A stretch of 63,007 nucleotides of DNA, the filler included, from Octopus bimaculoides (taxonomy: Eukaryota), in the NCBI RefSeq assembly GCF_001194135.2. It is 4 parts of 4 records of this genome, joined end to end, with 100 filler letters (N's around TTAATTAATTAA, not from the genome) between each part and the next. Parts side by side here need not be neighbours in the genome. Positions count along the whole stretch, not along the records: positions 49,896 to 63,007 come from NC_068996.1; 3 more parts are not named here. One strand, given 5' to 3'. The translations under genes were made by a program, and so were the position numbers. How positions within the stretch are numbered: position 1 is the stretch's first letter; every line of letters begins with the position of its first letter. Shown piece by piece: positions 50,256-60,965 of this stretch. Under the pieces are notes generated by a model. The model was given only the letters and a program-made list of their open reading frames with translations. It was not told where the DNA came from and searched no databases.

Positions 50256-51344
50256 CAAGAAGCAGCTGGGTTTCTTTCTCTAACATCTTGCGTAGTTCAA
50301 CTTACGCAAGTTAATGTGTGAAAAACAAAATAGGAATTTTGAAAGAACTAGATTTTAACAAAATACTAATCAAAAGAGTCCATAGATAAAAATGTTTGAG
50401 AAACCCTGATATAGAACTAAAATAGGCAAATGGTAACAGTTTATTTATGCTGCTAATGTTTTACTGTATTTTTGGTTATGGTTTGGACTTGACACTCTTT
50501 GCATTTCAAGTTTCTATCAAGAATGCTGAACCTGGAGATTTGGGGGGGGGGGGTTTCATATTGCTACACGTGCACAATTGTAATTTGCTTTCTTTTTTAC
50601 CCATTTTCAAGAGATAATTATATTTCTTTAATTCAAAATTTTTATAAATGACGTTCTTAAGTGGGTAAGTTTTTACCCTGTCAGCAATTCCTCACCCCTC
50701 CATCCCATTGATGTGATTCAAGGCATTTTAATGCTATGAGAATTTTTCTCATTTTCTTAAGAATGAGACTTGACTTTCCTTCCTGGGACATAGTTAATGC
50801 CCCCAGCTTATGTCTTTGATAGAAATTTCTTCAGTTCTCTTCATGCTGTTATCTATCATACAAAGAATTTGTTGCTAGTTCAATTTTTAGAGTTCTTTAT
50901 TAATTGGTTTCCAGGAGTCCATCATGTTAGCAAACCAGACTGGACAATTTCAGAGTGCTTCCTTATGAGGTCATGAAGTGTGATACAAGTTCAAATAGAG
51001 AATACATTGTTAATTTTCATATGTTACACTCAGAGAAATTAACATATTGGTGAGGTTTAGAAGAGATTTTATATCATTATCATCATCATTTAATGTACAT
51101 TTTCCATGCTGGCATGGGTTAGACAGTTTGACAGGATCTGGCCCGCTCCATCTCTGATTTGGCATGGTTTCTACAGTTGGATGCCCTTCCTAATGCCAAC
51201 CACTTTACAGAGTGAACTGGGTGCTTCTTACGAGGCACCAGCACCCATGAGCCTGCAAGATTAGGATCACTCACCTGAAGAGTGATGCAGGAGACAGCGC
51301 AACCACGATTTTAATGTATATATGCTATATGTATATAACATATA

Positions 51345-51351
51345 TACATAT

Positions 51352-51407
<56 letters not shown>

Positions 51408-52390
51408 TTAACGTCTGTTTTCCATGCTGGTTGGATGGTTTGACCAGAGCTGGCAGGCTGGAGATCTGTACCAGGTTCCAGTCTGATTTGGCTAGGTTTC
51501 TATGGTGGATGTCTTTGCTAATGCCAACCACTTTACTGAATGTGTTTGGTGCTTTCAAGATGGCACTGGCACATGACTCTTGCAGATTAATCCTTTTCAC
51601 CAGAGTGAAGAGCCTTAACACTTCTGCTGTGGAGGACAGGTATTCTTGAGTACAGCAAGCTGCCAGGTATCTCAATCCTTTGTCATGTCATCTGAAAGGT
51701 TTAATGTCCTGAGATCATCCTTCAGTACTTCATCCCATGTCTTCCACAAGTTCCAATGTAGTTTGAGTGAACAGCACTTCTTTATGGAGCTGTTGACATC
51801 CATCTGCATCACATGATCAAACCTGCTCAGCCTTCTCTCTTGCACACGGCATCTTCTAATTCCTCTTCTGATCAACTCCTCTCTCAAATACACTAGCACT
51901 GTCCAACAGCTACACTTACATTACATATCCTGTGGAGCATACTAGCCATTCTAGCCTTCACATGTCCTCTGCATTCAGGGCCCATGTCTCACTACCATGT
52001 AGAATTGCTGTCTGTATATATGTATCACACAATCTTCCTTTCACTTGGAAAGAGAAACCTTTGGTTGCCAACAGAGAAGATCTCTGAATTTTTGCTATCT
52101 TATTCTTATTCTCATTCTAGCTATTACACTTTCTTTGCATCCTCCCCAACTACTAATTTGGTTGCCTAGATAGCAGAATTTATCCACTACCTCCAATGAG
52201 CCTCTGAGACATTTGAGAAAATCGATTTCCCAAGTATTTGTAGTTTTTACGGCTCCTGTGCATTTTCCACATATAAGCACCCTTTTTTCCAATAACCTTC
52301 CTGTTATTTCCATTGCACCTCTTGTGTGTCCATAGCCTGCACTGGGTACACTATATGGAATTCCAGCCTACACCTTTCCTACAAATCAAG
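51345..52390 (-). mobile_element. 5'-truncated RTE LINE of the same family, with an (ATG)n tail
   Basis: EVVDKFCYLG; GIRRCRVQERRLSRFDHVMQMD..IKKC; KTWDEVLKDDLRTLNL. Tail reads (CAT)n on the + strand. Confidence 0.85.
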
Positions 52391-52691
52391 CAGAGCCACT
52401 TACCTGAAGTGGGTAGGATCTTATCTGTTTTGCACAGACACTCACACACACACACACACACAAACACACATCATGTGGCATAGAGGCACCCACATTTTAC
52501 AGGTTGACAAACACTTCAACTGCAAACATATGGTGTGAACTGGGCCAAACCATTGATGGGAATGGACAAAAAGCAACTGTAAAACATCAGTTGCCTAATG
52601 ATTTCATTATTATTAACCTATCTTCAAAAGCACCACACCAACAGCTATGTAAAATATGGGAAGTTTTTTTTTCTATCCCACACTATACATA

Positions 52692-52862
52692 GATTTCAAA
52701 TTTTGGCACATGGCCAGCAATTTCAGGGGAGAGGTAAGTCAATTACATTGAGCCTAGTGCTTGACTGGCACTTATTTTATTGACCCCAAGAGGATGAAAG
52801 GCAAAGTTGACCGAGGCAACATTTGAACTCAGATGTGTGTTAACAATTCTTCCAGCTCATTA
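52692..52862 (-). mobile_element. SINE family B copy, CpG-decayed
   Basis: Core is recognisable, but most consensus CpGs appear as TG/CA. Confidence 0.75.
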
Positions 52863-53961
52863 CCTATGTATAATGATGATGATTAATGTTTTTTTTTTCA
52901 TGCAAAGCTATGAATATAAACAATTTAAAATAAAATTGAATGACCACTCAATATTTTTTTTCAGTAAAGTGCATATTTATCAAAATACAAATTAAACTTT
53001 TACAATGTTGAGTGTAAACTGAAAAAAATTGATATGCAAAATGCATACATTTATCTGTAAATAGGGTTTATAGATAAATATATAGACATATTGACAATTC
53101 TCAATGTCTATAATAACAAAGAACAATGGGCTTTTGGTTTGGTATGCAATCTCAATGATAACTCAATGGAGATGTGACTCCAAAAATTGGTCCAACATCA
53201 TAGATTGGCAAAGAAGAGGCTTTGGGTTGTCAATGTAAGATGGATTCTGTGAAATATAGTTTTTAAGATATTTTATTAAATAATAAGTTGTTAAGTTATT
53301 AAATAATAAATTTTTGTTTGGTTCAAGGTGATGGATTAGCACCAACATTGGTAACAAAATATCTTGTAGTATTTCTTCCAGCACTTTATGCTCTGAGTTG
53401 AAATCATTTTTTTTAGACTCAGTAAAATAAAGTCCTAATCAAGTAATAGAGTTTGTACCAGCTCACACCTTCAAATTTACTGGCCTTAGGCTTATATCAG
53501 AAACAGCATTTGTTTGGTATGGGTGAAAATTTTTAAGTGGATAATCATTATTTCAAATATGTGTGGAAGTTAGAAGGTTACTTTCAATCAGACAGGTAAA
53601 AACAAGGAGGTACAAGTACATGAGCTTAACAAAGAATTAGTCTTTCAGGACATCATAGGTGAAAGTTTGAAGAACGAATTGATGTAAGTTACAATGATTG
53701 TTAGTAGTAATGAATGAAGAGTGAAGATTAAAGTAAATACTGATAAATAAAATTTAAAATAAAGGAATAAATATAATCAAATGCTATAGAGAAAAAAACA
53801 AAAATAAATCTAAAAAATTATAGGAAAATATTTTAAAGAAAGCAGGATAAAAATGTAGTGAAGTATAAAATAAATAAAAATATAAAAATTCAAATTACAA
53901 TAAACGTAAACAAACAAACGAAGTTTGCTTTTAGAAGCATTGAGATGTCTTAGAAAGTTAA

Positions 53962-54152
53962 AGAAGTGATTTTAAATTCTTAAACGCAGGATAATGCTAA
54001 TAATATAGCCTGAACAGGATAAACTACCCCTATTTTGCAGAAAAAAATGTAGGCGACCCAACTACACTTTTTTCTGCAAAATAGGGTTAGTTTATCCTGT
54101 TCAGGCTATATTATTAGCATTATCCTGCGTTTAAGAATTTAAAATCACTTCT
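53962..54152. mobile_element. 191-bp palindromic MITE with TTAA flanks and AG...CT termini (Kolobok-like)
   Basis: 91-bp arms with 2 mismatches and a 9-nt loop GCGACCCAA. TTAA at 53958-53961 and 54153-54156. Confidence 0.7.
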
Positions 54153-54204
54153 TTAAAAATATAAAAGTATAAAGAAGTTATGGTGGGTGGATGATGATGA
54201 TAAT

Positions 54205-54415
54205 GGTTTCAAATTTTGGCACAAGGCCAGTAGTTTCAAGGGGAGAGATTTAGTCAATTATATCAACCCCAGTACTTAGCTGGCACTTTATTTTATCAGC
54301 CCAGGAAGAATGACTGGTAAAAGTTGATCTTGGTTGTGTTTGAACTCAAAAAATAAAGGACTTAACTAAATACCATGAGACATTTTGTCCAACATTCTAA
54401 TGGTTTTGGCAACCG
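54205..54415 (-). mobile_element. SINE family B copy, CpG-decayed
   Basis: GGTTTCAAATTTTGGCACAAGGCCAG...AAAGTTGATCTTGG...TTTGAACTC; consensus CpGs converted. Confidence 0.7.
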
Positions 54416-54855
54416 TTATAATGAGAATAATGGCAACTGGAAGTCAATAATAATGATGGTTATGAAAATTCAATAGCGATAATTATGACAAGGCTAATTA
54501 ATTAATGGTGACTCTGCTAGTAGGTGTTTCTTTTTTTAAAAAATAGAAGTGAAAATGAAGATTCTGAATTTAAGAACAGGCGTTTGTCTGATTCAAACAT
54601 ATATGGACATACAAGATGGTGAAAGCTGTTGTTCATAAAATGATTTTATCAGAGGTTTTAGAGTTTTTTTAAAAATTTTCTTTTGAAAATTCTGCAGACT
54701 TTCCCAGTCACAATACCAAAACATACAATTGATTCCAAACGGTCATTCCTTCTTTTTACTCTTCATTTTCAGGTAATAGCTACCAGAGTTGTACCCATTT
54801 TCATTACCCTGATTAAAATGTAGTACTCATTTAATCAGGAAGTGAATACTCATAT

Positions 54856-54890
<35 letters not shown>

Positions 54891-54909
54891 CACACACACG
54901 CACACACAA

Positions 54910-54944
<35 letters not shown>

Positions 54945-55851
54945 CACACACACACAATTTGAAATAATGATTTATGAATCATCAATTATCATCCTTGCCA
55001 AACAATTATTAAACAATAACCAATTCTAGAATCACACACACACACACGCATATGCACACACTATTGTGCACATGTATGTGTACGCAATCCACAAACATAT
55101 ACAAATCTACAATCCCAAGGCCACTTGAGCCCCACCCTTTCCCCAATCCATGATGTTCACCCATCCTTCAAAATCATTACAAAAAAAACACAAGAAAAAA
55201 GTCCCAGCATACAGTATGCCCCACCCACACTGCACAGCTTATCATGCTGGCCCAACCCAATTATCATACACCCTCACACATCACTCCTCAACAGCCCTTT
55301 GTTCCATCTTCTTTGTCATTAATTAGATCCGGGAGGCTGGATTCAATATGTTTATCCATGGGCCTTGTATTTTTCCTGCCAATCTGCTTTCAGTGGAAAC
55401 TGACTGTTTTTAGCCAATGTAGATAAATGTGTATAAAATAATGAACAGTTTCTCATATTTTATAACCTGACGACTGGAAGCATGAGACTCTGAATAGTAA
55501 CTTGTAAAAAATTCAGCCTGGATAAATATATACATGTATATATATGTGTGTGTCATCATCATCATCATTATCATCATTGTTTAATGTCCGTTTTCCATGC
55601 TGGCACAAATGTGTGTGTGTGTGTGTGTGTGTGTTTGTGTGTGTGTCTGTCTGTGTGTTTGTGTGTGTCTGTGCATGTGTGTGTGTGTTTATGTGCATGT
55701 GTGTCTGTGAATATGTTTATGCACAAATATTCATCCGAATTATTTTTCACAAAAACTAAATATTAATTGTAAAATAGATTTGTTTTTTTGTTTTTTTTGT
55801 ATTTTGCATTTTTAGTAAAATGTCTAAATTATTTACTTTACTATTTTCCAG

Positions 55852-56049
55852 GCAAGTCACACACAATGTTTGGTAAAGATCAATCACCTCAAACATTAGG
55901 TCTCATTCCTTGTGCCATTGCTTGGCTCTTTCGTCTCATTGACGAACATAGAGATGCAACAGGGGCCCGATTTTCCGTCCGTGTGTCAGCAGTTGAAGTG
56001 TCAGGGAAGCAAGAGTGTCTCAAAGATCTTTTAGCTGATGTTGCCCAAG
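55852..56049 (+). CDS. KIF26: Internal coding exon (phase 1/1, 198 nt) of a kinesin-11 family motor (KIF26A/B, vab-8 type), motor domain from the P-loop onward
   Basis: Pyrimidine-rich acceptor ...ctattttccag| at 55851 and donor |gtaagg at 56050. Translation (G)[65 protein letters not shown](G) closely matches the vertebrate KIF26B segment as I recall it ([67 protein letters not shown]), with the same length. Neighbouring exons were not found in the window. Confidence 0.93.
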
Positions 56050-56204
56050 GTAAGGCCATCATTAAAACCTTTCCAAACTTATTTTAATGATCCCTCTATC
56101 CTATTTTAGCATCCTATTTTATAAACACTTTATTAACTGTTGTTGTTATTGTTGTTTTTGTTTACAGTGTTGCTTGTCATTGTTGCTGTTGTTATTTAAC
56201 TCTG

Positions 56205-56600
56205 GGTCTCTGCTCTGAGCAAAGGGAATCCAAATGTGACCACCATGTCTTGCATTCAGACATAGTGTATCTAGGACTACATTATTTTAATGCATAGGAG
56301 GCTACAGTTGTTGTTTAACCCAAGAGCTATCCTGGTCAACCATGAGCAAAGGGCTTCCATCTGTGGCCAACCCTTCTTGCATTCAGACATAGGATTACAT
56401 TACCCAGTCTATGATATAATCTTTGTTAATTCTCCGTGTTTAGCCACAGGTCAACTCTGATCAGACAGACCTAAGAGCAAAGGGCTTCCAATTGTGACCA
56501 TCCTGCCTTGCATTAAGGATTACATTATCTAATGTATAGTACATTATTAATTCCTGATTGAACAGACCCATGAGCAAACTCACTTCCACCAATGACAGCC
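56205..56600 (+). repeat. Three to four degenerate direct repeats spaced about 120-140 bp apart
   Basis: The motif GAGCAAAGGG(C/A)(T/A)TCCA..TGTG(A/G)CCA....CTTGCATT recurs at about 56216, 56345 and 56475, and partially at 56572. Related pieces appear at about 7750-7800 and inverted at 47085-47220. Confidence 0.6.
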
Positions 56601-56897
56601 CTTTCATGTAGTGAATCCAGGGCAACAGTACCCAACATGGCCTCTTTTTCTAAGATGGTAAGATTTGGTTTGAAGGAGAATTGGTTGCTACTTTTGGTAG
56701 GGCAAGTGGCCACATTGTTACTCCTTCATTGACTTCACAAATAATAAAGTTGAAAATAGAAAGAACCCAATTGTTGCAGTGTATTGCTTATGTTACTCTC
56801 ACTTTCTGTGTCACTAGGGTTATGACACAGAAACTCAGATGATAGCATAGTTATATAAGGTTTGGTCTGAGAGTCATTGTCTGAGCCATGAATGGAC

Positions 56898-56942
<45 letters not shown>

Positions 56943-57026
56943 TCTTCATCAAATTTAAGAAGAGATAAACAATAACAGCCTTTGTAAATTCTTGTAATAC
57001 TACAGAAACTTAATTGATTCCTTTGG

Positions 57027-57092
57027 CACCTGACCCTTTTCACCTGACCCTTTTCACCTGACCCTTTTCACCTGACCCTTTTCACCTGACCC
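57027..57092. repeat. 14-bp tandem repeat (CACCTGACCCTTTT) x about 4.7
   Basis: Four perfect units plus a partial one, followed by TGCAG|GTG. Confidence 0.95.
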
Positions 57093-58248
57093 TGCAGGTG
57101 AAAATAAAAAGCAACTAAATTCTACAAAGAATTTCAGTCATTTGTGTTTCTGATTCTTCTAATTCAAGACACTATGGATCACCAATAAGACTTCATTTCA
57201 GATATTCTTTTTCTGCCTGGACAAGACCATTCTTGTGAAAGATTCCAATGAAATTTAAACTGAGAAATATTAAGAGCTGAAATTAATCAATATTTTCAAG
57301 AAAAATCTAAAGACAGACTAATTAAAACTGACATTAATGATGACGAGATTGCAAAGAATATTTACTGGAATATTACAAATTATTACAAAACTGGAAGATA
57401 TGAATCACTAGAATTACTTTTGCTTAATTAATACATCATATAATTGAGGGAAACTATGTGGAAGCTCATTGAATGAACTGTGCATACAATTCTCATTTCC
57501 AGCTTTGTCATACAGTGTCATAGTTATTCTGCTGAAGGTTTACATTAAGTAGACATCATCATCATCATCATCATCGTTTAACATCCACTTTTCTGTGCTT
57601 GCATGGGTTGGACAAAATTTATGGAGGCAGATGTTCTCTAGCTCGATGTCCTTCCTATTGATAACTGTCACCCATTTCCAAGTAAGATAATATTTCTCCT
57701 TGGCCAGTCATATTTTCATGGAAGACTGAAAATGAAAGACATCACTTCCATGATGGTGATCCTTGCTTCCAACCATCATGTACTGTGAAGAAAAGGAGAT
57801 ATAAACATGCACACACACACACACACACATATATATCATCATCATCATCATCATTCAATGTCCCTTTTTTTCTATGCTGGCATTGATTTGATGGCTGAAT
57901 ATAATCTGATAGATCAGAGCTCCTGTGTCACTCTTTTTTGACAAGGTTTCTACAGCACGATGCCCTTCTTACTGCTGACCACTTTACAGAGGGAGGGTAC
58001 TGGGTGCCTTTTTTGTGTCACTAGCACCAGTGAGGTCACCAAGTTTCTCACAAGACCAGCTGCCTCAATTGAGTGAGGTGTAGTAGTGAAGGAGATGGTT
58101 TTGTGTCAGGCAATGAGAGAGTAGAGCAATGTTTCTCAACCTCTTTTACCCTTAAAATAAATTACATGTCTCAAGGAACCCCTGCACCAAAAAAAAATTA
58201 TACATTTTTCTCTAATTTTTTAAAAAATCATTGTTCACATGGTAAATA

Positions 58249-58286
<38 letters not shown>

Positions 58287-58394
58287 GGTGTAGGGTGTCC
58301 ATAAATTACAGACGTCACTAAATATATCCCCAACGGTTGTTATATTTTTTTGATAACATTAAAGGTTAGTTAGGATGATGTCTATATTACAATA

Positions 58395-60607
58395 ACCAAT
58401 TACATGCCCTTCCTAACGCCAACCACTCTGAGAGTGTAATGAGTACTGTTACATGACACCGGGGTGCATTTATGTGCCACCAGCACAGGTGCCAATTTGT
58501 GTGACACCAATATCTGCCACGACTGCAATTTTGCTCAGCTTGATGGGTCTTCTTCTCACACACAACATAATGCCAAAAGCCTTGGTCATTGCCTTCGTGA
58601 GGCCCAACACTTGAAAGGTATTCTTTACATGTCAACAGGTACACTTGGCTTGATGAGTCCTCTCAAGCACATCACTAAAGATCATTAGTCATTGCCTCTG
58701 TGAGATTGAAAGTTCGAAAATCATGCATCACCACCTCGTTCCACGTCTTCCGAGGTCTACATCTACCACAGGTTCCCTCCACAACTAGAGATTGGCACTT
58801 CTTTACACAGCTGTTCTCATTCATATACATCACATGACCATACCAGTGCAGTTGTCTCCCTTACACACCACTTTTCTCTCAAAATGCTTACGCTCTGTCA
58901 TATGTGCACACTGACATTGCACATCCAGCGAAGCATACTGCCTTCATTTCTTTCAAGCCTACGCATGTCCTCAGCTGTCACAGCCCATGTTTTACTGCCA
59001 TTCAGCATAGCTGTTTGCACAAAAGCATCAAATAATCTGCCTTTCACTCTAAGAGAGAGGCCCTTTGTTGCCAGGAGGAGATGGGAGCTCTCTGAATTTT
59101 GCTTATCATAATCTTATACTCACAACTGTGCTTTTGGAGCATCCACCTTCACTACTAACTTGGTCACTTCGATAATGGAAGCTATCTACTACCTCTAACT
59201 TGCCCCACTGGCAATTGATGGAGTCTGTTTTCTTCCCATTTCAGCATTTATTGTGCATCTTCCCCATAAAAACGTTATTTTCCCTGATAACCTTTCCCTG
59301 ATACTGCTGCGCTTTTTATGTATCCAAACCTTACAATTGGTGTATCTTATGGAGTTTCTACCTACACCTATTCTAAAGATTGAGCAGGGCCAATCTACCT
59401 GAAGGAATTTGCGATTTGTCTGCCTTCCTACATACTAAGATTTCGGTTTTTGCTAGATTGACTCTAAGGCCCTACGATTCTAGACCTTGCTTCCACACCT
59501 GAAACATCACGAGTTCAGGTAATGATTCAACTATAAGAGCAAGGTCATCAGCATAGAGGAGCTCCCAGGGGCATCCTGTCTTGAATTCCTCTGTTATTGC
59601 CTGGAGGACTATGATGAACAAGAGGGACTTGAGCACCAATCCTTAGTGAATACCTACTTGTACTTTGAATTCTTCACTATCTTCACTATACTCATTGCCA
59701 ACCCTCACCTTACTGGTAGCGTCCCTGTACATGGCTTGTACAATTCTCACTAACCACTCATCTATCCCTAGTTTCCTCATTGACCACCAGATGAGGGACC
59801 GGGGAACCCTGTCAAAGGCTTTCTCCATGTCAACAAAAGCCAGGTACAGAGGTTTATCTTTGGCTAGGTATTTCTCCTGCAGCTGTCTTACCAGAAATAT
59901 AGCATCAGTGGTGCTTCTACCTGACACAAAACCAAACTGCATCTCATCTAAACTAACTCTCTCCCTATGCTATGACCCTCTCCGTGACCTTCATTACCTG
60001 ATCCAACAATTTGATGTCTCTGTAATTATTTCTATCTAAGGTGTTACCTTTACTTTTGTAGCAGTTGACTATAATGCTGTTACACCAGTCATTGGGTATG
60101 ACTCCATGAACCACCTGATTTACAATATGGGTGACTAGACCCACACTGCCAGATATTTTAAGCATCTCAGCAGTGATTCCTGATGGGCCAGGGGCTTTCC
60201 CAGTTTTCATATCCTTAACTGCTTCATCTACCATGGAACTGTCAATTCAGGTAGCTGGTCCCTCTGTTGGGTCAACATTTGGCAGACACTCCTCCTCCCA
60301 TTCATTCTCCATGTTCATAATGACATTTCATTATGGCATCTCCAAGCATCTTTCTTTGCAGAATCATTACATGCAAGTGCACCATCATCCATATGGACAC
60401 ATTTCTCTCCTATGACATCACGATTTTCTCTCACACATTGTCTTGCAATCTGAAACACTTCAGTTATTTGGTCCTCACGTTGCAAAATATAGACAAACTT
60501 CTTCCTTCTGCTTCTCCCTTGGCTAGATACAATTGTCACCTAGCATCCTTTCTGGCAGTCTGATACAGTACCCTGCTACCCCCATTCTTCCAGGCCTGTT
60601 TCTTAAC
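58395..60607 (-). mobile_element. Decayed RTE-clade LINE, RT and C-terminal region
   Basis: QFGFVSGRSTTDAIFLVRQLQEKYLAKDKPLYLAFVDMEKAFDRVPR; PLLFIIVLQAITEEFKTGCPWELLYADDLAL; GKAPGPSGITAEMLK. Frameshifts present. Confidence 0.93.
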
Positions 60608-60652
<45 letters not shown>

Positions 60653-60654
60653 TC

Positions 60655-60965
60655 ATCATCATCATCATCATCGTTTAACATCCACTTTCCATGCTGACAT
60701 GGGTTGGATGATTTGACTGAGGCCTGGAGAGCCAGAAAGCTGCACCAGGCTCCAATCTTATCTAGCAAGGTTTCTACAGCTGGATGCCCTTCCCAACACC
60801 AACCATTCTGAGAGTGTAGTGGAGTGGTTGGTGTTAGGAAGGGCATCCAGCTGTAGAAACACTGCCAAATCAGACGGGAACCTGGTGCAGCCATCTGGCT
60901 CACTAATCCTCAGTCAAACGGTCCAACCTATACCAGCATGAAAAGCGGACATTAAATGATGATGA
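60655..60965. mobile_element. Head-to-head pair of RTE 3' ends forming an inverted repeat
   Basis: 60655-60810 (-) and 60826-60965 (+) are reverse-complement homologs, each with an ATG tail pointing outward. Confidence 0.8.

Noticed and set aside
57098-57155. Next constitutive KIF26 exon
   Set aside because: The translation does not resemble the expected continuation (…PGVYLxEDP…) and stops after 19 codons. Kept only as a cryptic-site hypothesis.
58125-58330. hAT- and Tc1-like terminal motifs (CAATGTTTCTCAACCT; AGGGTGTCCATAAAT)
   Set aside because: Only single ends are visible, with no partner TIR or TSD to support a feature.
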